This document shows, one piece after another, positions 36,402 to 50,512 of a stretch of 64,000 bases of DNA (the first letter of the stretch is position 1; each line of letters starts with the position of its first letter). The translations under genes were made by a program, and so were the position numbers. Under the pieces are notes generated by a model. The model was not told where the DNA came from. It worked only from the letters and a program-made list of their open reading frames with translations, and made no database searches. The DNA comes from Pristiophorus japonicus (Eukaryota): positions 316,386,001 to 316,450,000 of the forward strand of contig NC_091979.1 in the NCBI RefSeq assembly GCF_044704955.1, given 5' to 3'.

Positions 36402-37730
36402 ATGAATGGGAAATTGTATTTGACAAATCTGTTTGAGTTTTTTGAAGATGTAACTTGCAGGATGGATAAGGGGGAAACCAGTGGGTGTAGTGTATTTTGA
36501 TTTTCAAAAAACATTCGATAAGGTGTCACACAAGAGGTTATTACACAAAATTACGTCTCATGGTATTGGGGGTAATATATTAGCATGGATTGAAACTGGT
36601 TAATGGACAGAAAACAGAGAGTAGGAATAAACAAGAATGTTGAAGTTTGGCAGGCTGTGACTACAGGGGTACCTCAAGGTTCAGTGCTTGGGCCTCAGCT
36701 ATTTACAATCTATATTAATGAATTCGATGAAGGGACAGTGTAAAACGTATCCAACTTTGCTGATGTTACAAAGTTAGGTGGGAAAGTAAGCTGAGAGGAG
36801 CACACAAAGAGGCTGCAGAGAGATAAAGGCCCCTATTTTCTACTTGCTGGATTTTTGGTGCCCACACATGTTAATGTATGATTTTTTTCTGTGCGTTTGC
36901 GGCAGAGAAAAAAAATTGGGACTTTCGTCAAATAAATATTTGAATTTGCCGTAATGCTCTCCGAAGTTAGTTTGGGGCGGAGCTACAAGTCTACGGTAAA
37001 AACTCTCTGGGCATGCGCGAAAAGCTGAAGTTGCCAGGACAACCAGAGACGCTGATGCAAGCTGAAACCCACTCCCCTGAAAGGACTGCTCCCCACCGGC
37101 GGGACCCGCTGCAATCTCCGGCCGAATGGCCCTCCGGCTCCTGAACTTCAACTCGCAGGGAGACCGGGGGGGCCATTCAGTCCGGGATTGTAGTGGGTCC
37201 AGCCGGTGGGGAACAGTCCTTTCAGGGGATTGTAGTGGGTCCAGCCGGTGAGGAACAGTCCTTTCAGGGGGGATTGTAGTGGGTCCAGCCGGTGGGGAAC
37301 AGTCCTTTCGGGGGATTGTAGTGGGTCCAGCCGGTGAGGAACAGTCCTTTCAGGGGATTGTAGTGGGTCCAGCCGGTGGGGAACAGTCCTTTCGGCCGGG
37401 GATTGTAGCGGGAGGAGCAGTCCTTTCGACCGGAAATTTCTTCCCTTGCTCCAAAAAGAGTTCCCCGTGAAAAAAATGAGGAGAAATATCTTCACTCAAA
37501 GGGGTGTGAACCTTGTCAATTCTCTACCCCAGAGAGCTGTGGATACTCAGTCGTTGAGTATATTGAAGACAGAGGCCGATAAAATTTTGGGAACAAATGG
37601 AATTAAAGGATATGGGGATAGGGCGGGAAGGTGGAGTTGAGGTACATCAGTCATGATCTCATTGAATGGCGGAGCAGGCTCGAAGGGCCAAATGGCCTCC
37701 TCCTGCTCTGATTTTGAATGTTCTTATGTC
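36402..37730 (+). mobile_element. Plus-strand CR1 fragments with GC-rich insert (unit 2)
   Basis: Copy of 13033-14310. Confidence 0.8.
37184..37428. repeat. ~43-bp minisatellite, 5 units plus a partial
   Basis: Same unit as at 13816. Confidence 0.95.
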
Positions 37731-39484
37731 TTCGGGGCTGTCCAATTTACCGCCCCCCCTCCGCCCTCCCACACACAGGTGTCTGTGCAGCCCCTCCAAT
37801 ACCTTAAAACTAGTTTCCAGCATTGCACAGACCTGGGACAATACCTCCACAGAAAAGCTGAACCCTTCCAGGGGCTGCTTTTCCAATAGGTCTAAATATG
37901 ATGTGAGGCGTCTGCAGCCTCTCCCAATGTTAGATTCTTCCATTGTCCCATTCCTCTGGATCTTCCCAACCATTCCTCCCTCAGCTTTCTCTAATAGCAC
38001 TGTGGCTACAGCTAGCAGTGTAAGGGCCATGTTTCACTCCACAATCAACAGCTGTTTAGTTTACTGCCTGTGTTAAAGGCTGGTCTGAATGTTCCTTACA
38101 GAGCTGGTACAGTTCACCATCACAAAGTGTGGATTATGAGTGACACTTACTGTCAGCATTAGCACAGATCAATGACACAAATAAAATTGTAGTTATAGTA
38201 TCTTTTTATTGGTTATTTTAACACTCAATCTCTGATATTACAGCAAATTAACATTTCTCATTGGGAAATCTGTATCTGCAACTATAAAGCTTTATTATTT
38301 TTCATCATTTTAACTTATTTTTATATCCCTTAGCCGTGGTGGAAATTAACCGCTTCCATTGAAGAGGCAGGAAATCAGGGAGCTGCGGGCGGCTCGTTAC
38401 AGGGAGAGAGAGAACATAATCTTTCTTCAGGCGTGATACCGACCATCCCGTTTTAACAATGTCAATGACTGAGGCTCCTTGTCAGCAGTGGGATGAATAA
38501 AATTAAGCCCACATTATTCTGAAGGAGCACTGGCACTCATCCTGTCCCCCACCAAACAATAATTCATCTCTTATTCGGGACTCTGATGCTGTCCCGCCAG
38601 GTTTTATTGAGCAAAGGGCCCGCGGTTGTTGCTTCACCCGACAGGCTGTTGTTCCCCATCCATTGAAGAGGCTGCAAATCAGGGAGCTGCGGGCGGCTCG
38701 TTACACAGAGAGAGAGAGAAATTAATCTTTCTTCAGGCATGATACCGGCCATCCCGTGTAGCAGGGAAATTGCACAATCCGGGTGAAATCGGCCGAACCA
38801 GTGTAAAAGATCGCAGAAACTCGAGCATAAGTTCTGTCAAGCTTCAACCGAGATTTCCGGGATCTTTAGCTCTGGTTTAAAAAGCTTTCTGTCCGAAGCT
38901 GGCGCCGCCCACAAAACTGGTCACACCCCCAGATAGAAATAACGAGGATGGTGAGTTTCCGCCCATTGCGTCCATTTGCAACCTTTCGAGGAGCGTTTTC
39001 AAATTGAGCTGGTTTTCTGAGGTGCCCAGGCACTAGTAGGCACAATTTAATAGGTTTTACATCTTAAAAATATTTAAATTATTAAAAGTCTGACTAGTGT
39101 ACAACAATAAAACTTATAACTGGTTCAGTATAGATTTTAAAGCCATTTTCATCATCTTAAATCAGGTAAAGCACAGCTGAAAGACTTACTAAAAATATTT
39201 AATTTTGCAGGTTACATCCATTTTCAGCTGTATCAATAAAGCTGCACCAATTGCCACTCTTAAATATATCAATGAATATTTTGAATGCAAAAAATAACTG
39301 ATTATATTCTGTTACACTGACTGACTGCACTGGTTCTTGGAAGATTTTACGTTTGTAATTAAGCAAATGCATTTAGTGGAAACTTAAACTGTAAGCTAAC
39401 CAGCGTAACTTCAAGTGCAATTTGCACCCAAAGCAGAAACTCTACCCGCTGTGTTTAGTTTTAGCTGGGAGAGTCGTCGTTGAT

Positions 39485-40937
39485 TTAGATAGAAAGACGT
39501 AATTCACAAAGAGCACTTAGATATTCTTCATTGTCACAATCAAACTCCAAGGCCTTTTCAAAGCACTCAATAGCTTCACACTTCTCCCCATCCAGCTGGT
39601 GCAGTAACCCAAGAACACCAAAGGCCTTGCTGTCTCTGGGATTCCTGTCAATTTGTTTTGTTGCAATCTTTCTCAAGTTTTCGCGACACAATTGCCATTC
39701 CACTGTGTCACGTTGGATTTTAAGTCCTTCCAGAAAATAGCTGATGGCATTTGATTCAGATCTTTTGTGATGCATTTCATATAACCCAAACTGCGCATAT
39801 ACTGCCTGCTTATTATCAGGATGAAAATCATCTAATTTCAGTAGATTACTGTAAATCTCCTCTGCTTTGAGATATTCTCCATTTAATGAACAGATTTCTG
39901 CAAAATCCAGTTGTGCACAAATAAATGTTAATGGGCGGGGCTCAAATGCCTTTTCAAAATGGTACTTGCATAGTTTGATCAACTCAGCTTTCTGTTGAAA
40001 AGCAGCATTGCGAGGGTCTTTGCTGCCTGGATATTTGATCAGTTGAAATAGTTTTTTTCTGTAACACAGACCTATTTGGTGGTGTATGAAGGTTGAGTTT
40101 GGGCTAATTTCTAATGCTTTCTTCAATAGCTCCACAGCTTTTTCCACATCTCCTTCTCTTCTGTAAAATTTTGCTGCGTAACGAGTTACATATAGAAGAT
40201 CAGGGGACTTCTGCAATGCTTGTTCAACTAATTTCAGTGCTTCCTCCTTTTGATTGAACTCTTGTAGTTTTAGAGCCAACATCACCATGGCTACAGAGTC
40301 ATCTGGATCAAGTTCCAGCACACGTTGTAACCGCTTCACTGATTGGCTGCGGTCACCACTCTCTGGGGTACTAGAAAACCCTTCCAGACGGAACAGAACA
40401 GTCGCATAGCCAACGTTCCATTCAGTGTCATCAGGATCTTCCTCCAGAGCCTTCTCAAAACATTCCTTTGCCTCTTCATAATATTTCCTGGAAGATTTCA
40501 ACAGTGACCAACCCTTCTCCCCGTATACTTCAGGTATCAGTGCTGTATACCGAGAGCCATCAGTAAATTGTTTACAGATCATCTCCAGCTTGTCGAGGTA
40601 GGACTGGGCCTCTGTCAGTTGGCCCATGTGATAATATACCCAGGCATAGTTTCCATAGGTGATGATGCTTCTTCTTTCAAATTCATGTTCATGGTTCTCC
40701 CTCAGAATCTTTTCAGCTTCCTTTAAGTTTTGAATTGCCTCTTCACAGTTGCCTTGCAGACAGTTTACAAAAGCGAGGTGGTTGTAAGACCTGGCCTGAT
40801 ATTTCACACCAGCCTGTATTGAATCTTGCAATCTATACTTCATGTCGTCCAAGTCAATGTTTTCTTTCTGTGGGTCCCATGTGAAGTGACATTGAAGCCA
40901 ATCGAGCTTCACTTTCAACAAATCCTTCTGTGTGTTG
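39485..40937 (-). CDS. IFIT5: IFIT copy C exon 2, IFIT5-like (485 aa with exon 1 at 47096-47100)
   Basis: Intact ORF with the same motifs and acceptor; 7 aa differences from copy B. Symbol means IFIT5-like. Confidence 0.93.
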
Positions 40938-41211
40938 CTGCAAGAGAACAAAATTCATCAAAACCCGTCTCAGACTGGCTGTGTCACCCCCTCCCCTCTC
41001 TCCGGTTTCTTTAACTAAAGCCTTCTCCCGACTCCTGGACCCACTGACCATGAAATCTCTGCAAAAACCACTGCTAACGGTAAAGGGATGACTGCAAATC
41101 TCAGCTGTACTTACACTGGTCTCCTTCATGCTGGCTGATGTACCAGCTCGTGGCCATTTAGACTTCTCACCCAATGTGCAGCATCACCTCAAACACCTCC
41201 ACTCCCAATGA

Positions 41212-43526
41212 TACAAGAACATAACAAATAGGAGCAGTAGTAGGCCACCTGTCCCCTTGAGCCTGCTCCAACATTTAATAAGATCATGGCTGATCTGATC
41301 ATGGACTCAGCTCCACTTCCCTGCCAACTGCCCATAAACCTTTATTCTCTTATCGCTCAAAAATCTGTCTATCTCCATCTTAAATATATTCAATGACCCA
41401 GCCTCTACAGCTCTCTGGTGTAGAGAATTCCATAGATTTCCAACCCTCTGAGAAGAAATTCCTCCTCATCTCTGTTTTAAATGGGCGGCCCCTTATTCTG
41501 AGACTATGTCCCCTAGTTTTAGTTTCCCCGAAGAGTGAAAATATCCTCTCTGCATCCATCTTGTCGAGCCCCCTCATGATCTTACATGTTTCGATATGAT
41601 CACCTCTCATTCTTCTGAACTCCAATGTGTATAGGCCCGACCTATTCAACCTTTCTTCATAAGTCAGCCCCCTCATCTCCAGAATCAACCGAGTGAACCT
41701 TCTCTGAACAACCTCCAATGCAAGTATATCCTTCCTTAAATACGGAGACCAAAATTGCACTCCAGTACTCCAAGTATGGCCTTACCAATACCTGTACATC
41801 CATAGCAGGACTTCTCTGCTTTTATACTCTATCCCCCCTGCAATAAAGGCCAACATTCCATTTGCCTTCCTGATTACTTGCTGTATCTGCATACTAACTT
41901 TTTGTGTTTCATGCACAAGGACCCCCAGATCCCCCTGTTCTGCAGCACTTTGCAATTGTTCTCCATTTAAATTATAATTTGCTTTTCCATTTTTCTGCCA
42001 AAGTGGATAACCTCACATTTTTCCACATTATACTCGATCTGCAAAATTTTTGCCCACTTCTTTTAAGACCCTAGGCTGTAAGCTATCAGGTCCAGGGGAC
42101 TTGTCTGCCTTTAGTCCCATTATTTTACCAAGTACTACTTCATTAGTGATAGTGATTGTATTAAGTTCCTCCCTCCCTATAGCCCCTTGATTATCCAATA
42201 TTGGGATGTTTTTAGTGTCTTCTACCTTGAATACCAATACAAAATATTTGTTCAACGTCTCTGCCATTTCCCTGTTCTCCATTATTAATTCCCCCGTCTC
42301 ATCTTCTAGGGGACCAACATTTACTTTAGCCATTCTTTTCCTTTTTATGGTCCTGTAGAAACTCTTACTATCTGTTTTTATGTATCGTGCTATTTTACTT
42401 TCATAATCTATCTTCCCTCTCTTTATCATTTTTTTAGACCTTCTTTGCTGGATTTTAAAAGTTTCCCAGTCCTCTGGCCTCCCACTAACCTTGGCCACAT
42501 TGTATGCCCTTCTTTTCAATTTGATACCATTCCTTATTTCCTTAGTTAGCCACGGATGGTTACCCCTTCTCTTACAGTCTTTCCTTCTCATTGGGATATA
42601 TTTTTGTTGCATGTTATGAAATATCTCCTTAAATGTCTGCCACTGCACATCAACTGTCCCATACTTTAATCTATTTTCCCAGTCCACTTTAGCCAACTCT
42701 GCCTTCATACCTTTGTAGTCTCCTTTATTTATGCTAAGGACTCTGGTTTGAGAACCAACTTTCTCACCCTCCAACTGAATTTGAAATTCAATTGATTGAT
42801 GGTCACTCATTCCTAGAGGATCCTTTACTATGAGATCATTTATTAATCATGTCTCATTACACAGTACCAGAACTAAGATAGCCTGCTCCCTGGTTGGTTC
42901 CGCAATGTACTGTTCAAGGAAACCATCCTGGATACACTCTATGAACTCTATCTCTAGGCTACCCTGGCCAATTTGCTTTGTCCAATCAATATGAACTTTA
43001 AAATCACCCATGATTATTGCCGTTCCTTTATTACAAGCCTCCATTATTTCTTGATTTATGCTGCATCCAACAGTGTAGCTACTGTTAGGGGGCCTATAGA
43101 CTACACCCACCAGCGACTTTTTCTCCTTATTATTCCTTCTCTCCACCCAAACTGATTCAATACCTTGATCTTCTGTGCCAATATCGTTTCTCACTAATGC
43201 ACTGATCTCAGCCTTTATTAATAGAGCCACTCTACGGCTTTTTCCTTTCTGTCTATCCTTACGAATTGTCAAATACCCCTGAATATCTAGTTCCCAGTCT
43301 TGGTCACCTTGCAACCACGGTTTTGAAATGGCTATCATATCATATGCATTTGTATCTATTTATGCCATCACCCCATCTCTTTTGTTAAATTACCATTTTT
43401 TCCAACTTTGACCCCACTTTCTGATACACCTTTATGTTTATGCATTCTGTCCCTTCCTGGCACTCTCTGGTTTTCATTTCCCCCAGTGCAACTTTGATCT
43501 ATTGCCTTTTCCTTATTCTTTGACTT
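41212..43526 (-). mobile_element. Intronic CR1 LINE (unit 2)
   Basis: Copy of 17785-20100. Confidence 0.9.
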
Positions 43527-43535
43527 TTTTAATTT

Positions 43536-45013
43536 TCGCTCACCCGAATCAGCTTCAAGCCCTCTCTACAGCCCTAGTTATTTGATTTGCCAGGACCCTA
43601 GTCCCAGCACAGTCTAAGTGTGGAGCCCGTCCCAATGGAACAGCTCCCTCTGACCACTGTACTGGTGCCAGTGTCCCATGAACCAAAACCCATTTCTCCC
43701 ATACCAGTCTTTGAGCCACGTGTTTAACTCGCTGATCTTATTTACCCTATATAAATTTGCTCATGGCTCGGGTAGGAATAGAAACATAGAAACATAGAAA
43801 ATAAGTGCAGGAGTAGGCCATTCAGCCCTTCGAACCTGCACCACCATTCAATAAGATCATGGCTGATCATTCACCTCAGTACCCCTTTCCTGCTTTCTCT
43901 CCATACCCCTTGATCCCTTTAATTGTAAGGGCTATATCTAACTCCCTCTTGAATATATCCAATGAACTGGCCTCAACAACTCTCTGCGGTAGGGAATTCT
44001 ACAGGTTAACAACTCTCTGAGTAAAGAAGTTTCTCCTCATCTCAGTCCTAAATGGCTTACCCCTTATCCTTAGACTGTGACCCCTGGTTCTGGACTTCCC
44101 CAACATCGGGGACATTCTTCCTGCATCTAACCTGTCCAATCCCGTCAGAATTTTATATGTTTCTATGAGATCCCCTCTCAATCTTCTAAATGCCAGTGAA
44201 TACAGGCCCAATTGATCCAGTCTCTCCTCATATGTCAGTCCTGCCATCCCTGGAATCAGTCTGGTGAACCTTTGTTGCACTCCCTCAATAGCAAGAACGT
44301 CCTTCCTCAGATTAGGAGACCAAAACTGAACACAATATTCCAGGTGAGGCCTCACCAAGGCCCTGTACAACTGCAGTAAGACCTCCCTGCCCCTGTACTC
44401 AAATCCCCTCGCTATGAAGGCCAACATACCACCGCCTGCTGTACCTGCATGCCAACTTTCAATGACTGACGTACCATGACACCCAGGTCTCGTTGCACCT
44501 CCCCTTTTCCTAATCCAGAGATTATTACCTTTGTGGTTCTGCTTTTTAATTTGGCCCCTAGCTGCTCATACTCTCTCAGCAGAACCTCTGTCTTGGTCCT
44601 ATCTATGTCGTTGGTACCCAAGTGGACCATGACAACTGGATCTTCCCCCTCCCACTCCAAATTCCTCTCCAGCCCTGAGGAGATGTCATTAACCCTGACA
44701 CCGGGCCGGCAACACAGCCTTCGGGACTCACGCTCTTGGCTGCAGTGAACCTTATCTGTCCCCCTAATGATACTGTCCCCACCACTACAACATTTCTTTT
44801 ACTCCCCCTGTACCACGGTGCTGTAGTCAGTTTGCTCATTCTTCCTGCAGTCCCTGCTCATGTCCATACAGGGAGTAAGAGCCTCGAACCTGTTGGAAAA
44901 GAGCATGGGCTGATGCTCCTCCATCACTCCATCCTGAGTCCTCATACCTTCCTCACTCGTAGTCACATCCTCCTGTACCTGACCACGGATCGAATTTGAA
45001 TTAATTACTGCAA
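43536..45013 (-). mobile_element. CR1 ORF1 fragment with nested CR1 3' end (unit 2)
   Basis: Copy of 20110-21600 with a 13-bp deletion near 44430. Confidence 0.85.
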
Positions 45014-45377
45014 CAAACAGTAGGATTGGTTGAACTACTCGGTCTGCCTCTTGGTTCACCAATTACATCTCCTTCTCATTCTAGTATTCCATTCCACAAT
45101 TGGACTCACCTCACTAAAAAGGTCAGTGCTAATTCTAAAACGCTCTCCCTCTCACATTGGCAGTCCAATAATTCACTACTAAATAGGATCTCTAACCTGG
45201 TCCTCCACAGGGACCCTGCTGTCTCTGACCTAGATCATTCCTCACTCCAACATGCAGAAACTGAAAAGCAGGCCCATTACAATGGTATTTTCAGCATTGA
45301 CTCTTACCCTGCTGCAAATCTTCCACTACACCATCGTCCAGGCAAGATGTTAAACCAAGGCAGCATCTGCCTGTCCC

Positions 45378-46279
45378 AGTGGTTCAGGGGGACATTAAGG
45401 ATTCTATGGCACTATTTGAAGAAAGGCAGGGAGTTGTATTTTCCAATATTCTTCCCTGGAGCAACACCACCAGAAACAGATTGGGTGGTCTTTCATCTTG
45501 TTGCTATTTTTGGGAACATGCTGTGTGCTGAGCTTCCGAGCCCAAAACCTCTCCATCGCAAAGACCGTCTACATCCACCCAATCACCTGATCCACCCCTG
45601 GCTCATCCATTTAATTTCACCACCTGACTCGGATACTCCAATGTTTTCCTGGCCGGATTCCCAACTTCCACCCTTCATAAATGTCAGCCCATCTAAAACT
45701 CTGCTAGCTGCACCAGTCCCGCTCACCCATCCATGTGTTCGCTGACCTACATTGGGTCCTGATCCACCAATGTCTCACATTTAAAATTCTCATCCTGGTG
45801 TTCAAATCCCTTCACAGCCTCACCCCTCCGTATCCCCGTAACCTCCTTCAGTTCTATAATCCTCTGTGAATTCTGTGTTCCTCTAACTCGGGCTCGTGTC
45901 CATCCCCCACTGCACCCACCGATGGTGGCTGAGCCATCAGCCCAGACAGGCCCGGTACTCTGGAATTCCCTCGCTGAACCTCTCCACCTCATTCTCCTCC
46001 TTTAAGATCTCCTTAAAATCTACCCCACCCTCTAAGTATCTCCTTCTTTACCTCGGTGTCCATTGTTGTCTGATTACGTTGCTGTGAAGCGCCTTGGAAT
46101 GTTTTCCGAGGTTAAAGGCGCTATATAAATGCCAGTTGTTGTTATTGTGCAAACTGAGCTGTCACATTTCCCGACAAAACAACTGACTACACTGCAAAAT
46201 AATTCACTGAATGTGAACTACTTTGGGACATTTCTGAGAGGTGTGATAAGGTGTTACATCAACACAAATTCTTTCTTCC
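45378..46279 (+). mobile_element. DeuSINE split by L2 tail (unit 2)
   Basis: Copy of 21965-22866. Confidence 0.65.
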
Positions 46280-47095
46280 TTGCTGTTAAACTCACGTCGA
46301 TACATTTCATCCCCCAGCCATTCCAGCTTCTCCTTGCACTCTACTCCGCCTGCCTCTTGTTCCTGTTGGCTCTCGTCTCCCTCCCCCCACAATCCAAGCT
46401 GTCATTCTTACCCCTGCCCCAGTTCATGGTGGCTTTCCTCCCTTTGCTGCTCCGTTCAAACTGCTGCACCTGTCCTTTCCCCCAGTTCATGTCAGCACTC
46501 TTCTCCCCCGCCCCCATTCTCAATGTAAGTCAGCACTTTTCCTTCTCCTACACACTTTAAGCTGGCACTCTCCTCCTGCATTTCATGCTGTGTCCATCCC
46601 CCCATCCCAGTCCATGCTGTACTCTCCCTTTGCTTTATAGTTCAGGTTGCTTTAGTTTGGATATATGAAAGTGCTGGAAATCACTATTTTACATTAGTAG
46701 ATCCCTTCTAGATTCCCATGGAACACAAAGTGAAACTTTCTTTCTTCAAACTCTGGATATGACCTGAGGGCACTTACAGAATACGCCTTTCCACGACAGT
46801 ATAATATTCAAGTTTAACTTTGTACTTTCAACAGAGCCAAGTCAAAAATAATGTAAATTGTTGTTTGAGTTATAATCCTATGAACAGGTCTGCCTTTTGC
46901 CTCATGTTTACTGACTATCACCAGTCTTGGTGCAGCAGTGTTCCCTTATATGTGTGTCTCACTGTGAGCCACTAATCCCAGCTCTCTGCATTTCAACTGC
47001 TTTGTAATGTAAGCTACTTTATTTCTGAAAACTAGTTCCTTGATCGATAGTCTACATGTAAAATTAAATACAGAAGTTATTATAATGATCTTTAC

Positions 47096-47100
47096 CTCAT
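47096..47100 (-). CDS. IFIT copy C, coding part of exon 1; intron 40938-47095
   Basis: ATGAG|GTAAAG. Confidence 0.85.
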
Positions 47101-47199
47101 AATGCTGATCGATGGACAATGTGTTGAATTTTTTCGTCAGCTCCAACTGTCCTTCCAATGGTGAGTTGACCGAATGTTTGGAGTGTTGTTTTTCAGCTC

Positions 47200-47276
47200 A
47201 TTTATACCGTTCAGTCATTAATCGCTATGAATCATTTCCTGAAAGTGAATAGAAACTAAACCGAGAAATGGAAACT
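47200..47276 (-). promoter_or_regulatory. IFIT copy C promoter: TATA, IRF sites, ISRE (47264-47276)
   Basis: Same motifs as copy A. Confidence 0.8.
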
Positions 47277-47424
47277 CAGAAGCAACATTCCTGTTCAGGA
47301 AATTCTGGTGTCACACAGTAACATTGTGTGCTGACACAGAACCCCATGGAGCCTATTATAAACATAGGCCGGTTCAGCAACTGAAAAAGACCACTTGGCC
47401 CAAAAGGTCGAACCTGTTTGATTC

Positions 47425-49950
47425 CAGGATACATTTCAATACCGATCACCAATCACGTTACATGTAGCACTATGCAGAAAAAACAGTACATGGAACGGAT
47501 GGGGATACATTTACATTTTTTTACAAGTTACTAAAGAGTGCAGAGACTTTCATTATACATGGCACAACACAGGTGTTTTTCAGTCCATGATGCTCTGTGT
47601 ATACAAGCAGATTAACAAGTACAGCCCGAGGGGGGTCTGATTTCATACCCTGGGTTTACCGTGGCGGAAGGGCCTTAAACTGTGCCTCTTCTCCATCATG
47701 TCTTTGCGGCAACTGCACCAATCTTTAGTGTGACCCTCAGTACGTACTCCTGGATCTTGGATTGGGCCAGTCTGTAACACTTGGCCGTGGACATCTCCTT
47801 GCTCTGGAAGACCAGCAAGTTTTGGGAAGACCAAAGTGCGTCTTTCACCGAGTTAATGGCTCTCCAGCAGCAGATGATGTCTGTCTCGGTGTGTGTCCCG
47901 GGGAACAGTCCGTAGAGCACAGAGTCCTGTGTTACGGAGCTGCTTGCGATGAACCTCGACAGCTACCACTGCATCTCCTTCCAGACCTGCCTTGCAAAGG
48001 GGCAATCCCGAAAGAGATGGATGTCAGTCTCGTCCGCACCACAGCCGGCTCAGGGCTAGAGTGCCGTGTCTCTGAAACCCCGGCTGTGTATGAAGGACCT
48101 GACGGGTAGGGCCCATCTCACCGTCAACCAAGCTATGTCTTGGTGCTTGTATGAAAGCTCTGCCGATGAGACATTCTGCCAAACGAGTTCGACAGCCTGC
48201 TCGGGGAACCGTCCGACAGGATCCATCATCTCCTTCTTTTGTAGGGCGTCCAGGACCTTGCGTGCTGACCACTGCTTTATGGCCTTGTGGTCAAAGGTGT
48301 TTTTCTTGAAAACCTTTCCACGAAGGACAGGTGCTGAGGCATGGTCCAACTGGTCGGAGCGTTCCGTGGCAGCCTGGCCAGACCCATCCTTCGCAACACC
48401 GGGGACAGATAGAATCTCAGCACGTACTGACACTTGGTGTTTGCGTACGAAGGGTCAATGCACAGCTTAATGCAGCCGCACACAAAGGTGGCCATCAGGA
48501 TGAGGGCCACGTTTGGAACGTCCTTTCCCTCCTTGTCTAGAGATTTGTACATCATGTCTCTGCGGACACGGTCCATTTTCGATCTCCAGATGAAATGGAA
48601 GATGACTCGGGTGACTGCCACGGCACAGGAGTGGGGTATGGGGCAGACCTGCACCACGTACAACACCGAGAGCTCCTCACTCCTCGTGACCAGGTTCTTT
48701 CCTGCAATGGAAAGTGAGCACAGCTTTCACCATCCCAGTTTATGTTTGGCTTTAGCGATACGCTCCTTCCAGTTTTTCACGCACGACCCGTCCGCTCCGA
48801 ACCATATTCCCAACACCTTCAGGTAATCTGACTTCACGGTGAAGGGAATAAAGGATCGGTCAGACCAGCTTCCAAAGAACATGGCCTCGCTTTTGCTGCG
48901 ACTGACCTTCGCCCCCGAGGCCAGTTCAAACTGGTCACAGATTGTGAGCAATCCGCGGACTGACTGCGGATCCGAGCAAAAGATGGTGACGTCGTCCATG
49001 TACAGGGAGGTCTTGACCTGAACGCCTCCGCTGCCTGGGATTGTCACCCGCCTAATGCCCGCATCCTTCCTGATGGACTCGGCAATGGGCTCGATACAAC
49101 ACACAAACAAGACAGAGGAGAGGGGACAGCCTTGCCTGACTCCAGACCTGATTGGAAAGCTTCCAGTTTCCCGCCCATTGATTAGAACTGTGCTACTGAT
49201 GTCTGTGTAGAGCAGTTGGATCCAATTGCGGATACCCTCCCCAAACCCCATTTGGAGAGCACGTCCATCAGGTACGTGTGCGATATCCTGTCAAAGGCAA
49301 GCTGATTAAACAGGTGTCCACCCTCCTGTCCCGCACGTAGGCGATCGTATCCCTGAGTAGCGCGAGGCTATCAGAGATCTTCCTGCCGGATCACCAGCTC
49401 CCGAGCAGACTTGACCCTGTTTGCGATGACCTTTGACAGGATCTTGTCGACCACATTGAGCAGCGAAATGGCCGCCAGTTTTTGATTTCCTCCCTCTCCC
49501 ACTTCTGCTTGTAGATGAGGGTGATGATGCCTTTCCTCATTGATTCTGACATGCTGCCAGCCAGAAGCATACCCCCGTACACTTCCAGCAGGCCTGGGCC
49601 TATCCAGTCCCACAGAGCCGAATACAACTAGACCGCTAAACCGTCGCTTCCGGGAGTTTTACTCATCATGAGGGACGGGACGGCCTTTGTCAGCTCGTCC
49701 AGAGTTAGTGGGTGATCGAGACTCTCCCGCTCGCTGTGGTCTAAGACCTCTGAGATAGACGACAGGAAAGACTGCGAGGCCGCGCGGTCTGTGGGCTTGA
49801 CGTTGTACAGCCCGGCAGAGAAGGATTTGCTGATCCTCAGCATGTCAGGCTGCGAAGACGTCGCTGGTGATCACAGAGCTCCCCCTGTGTACCTTTTGGA
49901 AGAAGAAACGCGAACACGTCTCATCCTGCTCGACGGAGCGGACTCTGTGC
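47425..49950 (-). mobile_element. Tx1/L1-clade LINE remnant (unit 3)
   Basis: GVRQGCPLS, LYMDDVT and other RT motifs. Confidence 0.88.
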
Positions 49951-50413
49951 AAAAACACTTAAGAAGCTTGACACCATCCAGGACAAAGCAGCCTGCTTCA
50001 TTGGCAGCCCTTCCATCACCTTAAACATTCACTCCCTCCACCACTAGCTCACCGTGGCTGCAGTGTGTACCATCTACAAGATGCACTGCAGCAACTCGCC
50101 AAGGCTTCTTTGGCAGCACCTCCCAAACACGCGCCCCCAACCATCTAGAAAGACAAGGGCAGCAGGTACATGGGAACACCATCATCTCCAAGTTACACGC
50201 CATCCTGACTTGGAAATATATCGTCGTTCCTTCATCATTGCTGGGTCAAAATCCTGGAACTCACGCCCTAACCACTGTGGGAGCACCTTCATCATAGGGT
50301 CTGCGGCGGTTCACGATGGCGGCTCACAATAACCTGCTCAAGAGCAAGTAGTGATGGGCAATAAATGCTGGCCTTGCCAGCAATGCCCACATCCCATGAA
50401 CGAATAAAAAAAT
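49951..50413 (+). mobile_element. CR1/L2-group LINE 3' end (unit 3)
   Basis: Copy of 3326-3788. Confidence 0.6.
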
Positions 50414-50512
50414 ATATATATACCCTGACAGGGATACGAACCAAAGGCACCAGACAAATCCTCGACTCTTCACATTAACTCCTGTCATTTACCACCCAGT
50501 CTATGCCTGAAT

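Larger units (their letters stand above)
23213..46625. repeat. Tandem segmental duplication unit 2 (23,413 bp)
   Basis: Collinear, near-identical copy of unit 1 differing by SNPs and small indels. Confidence 0.97.
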
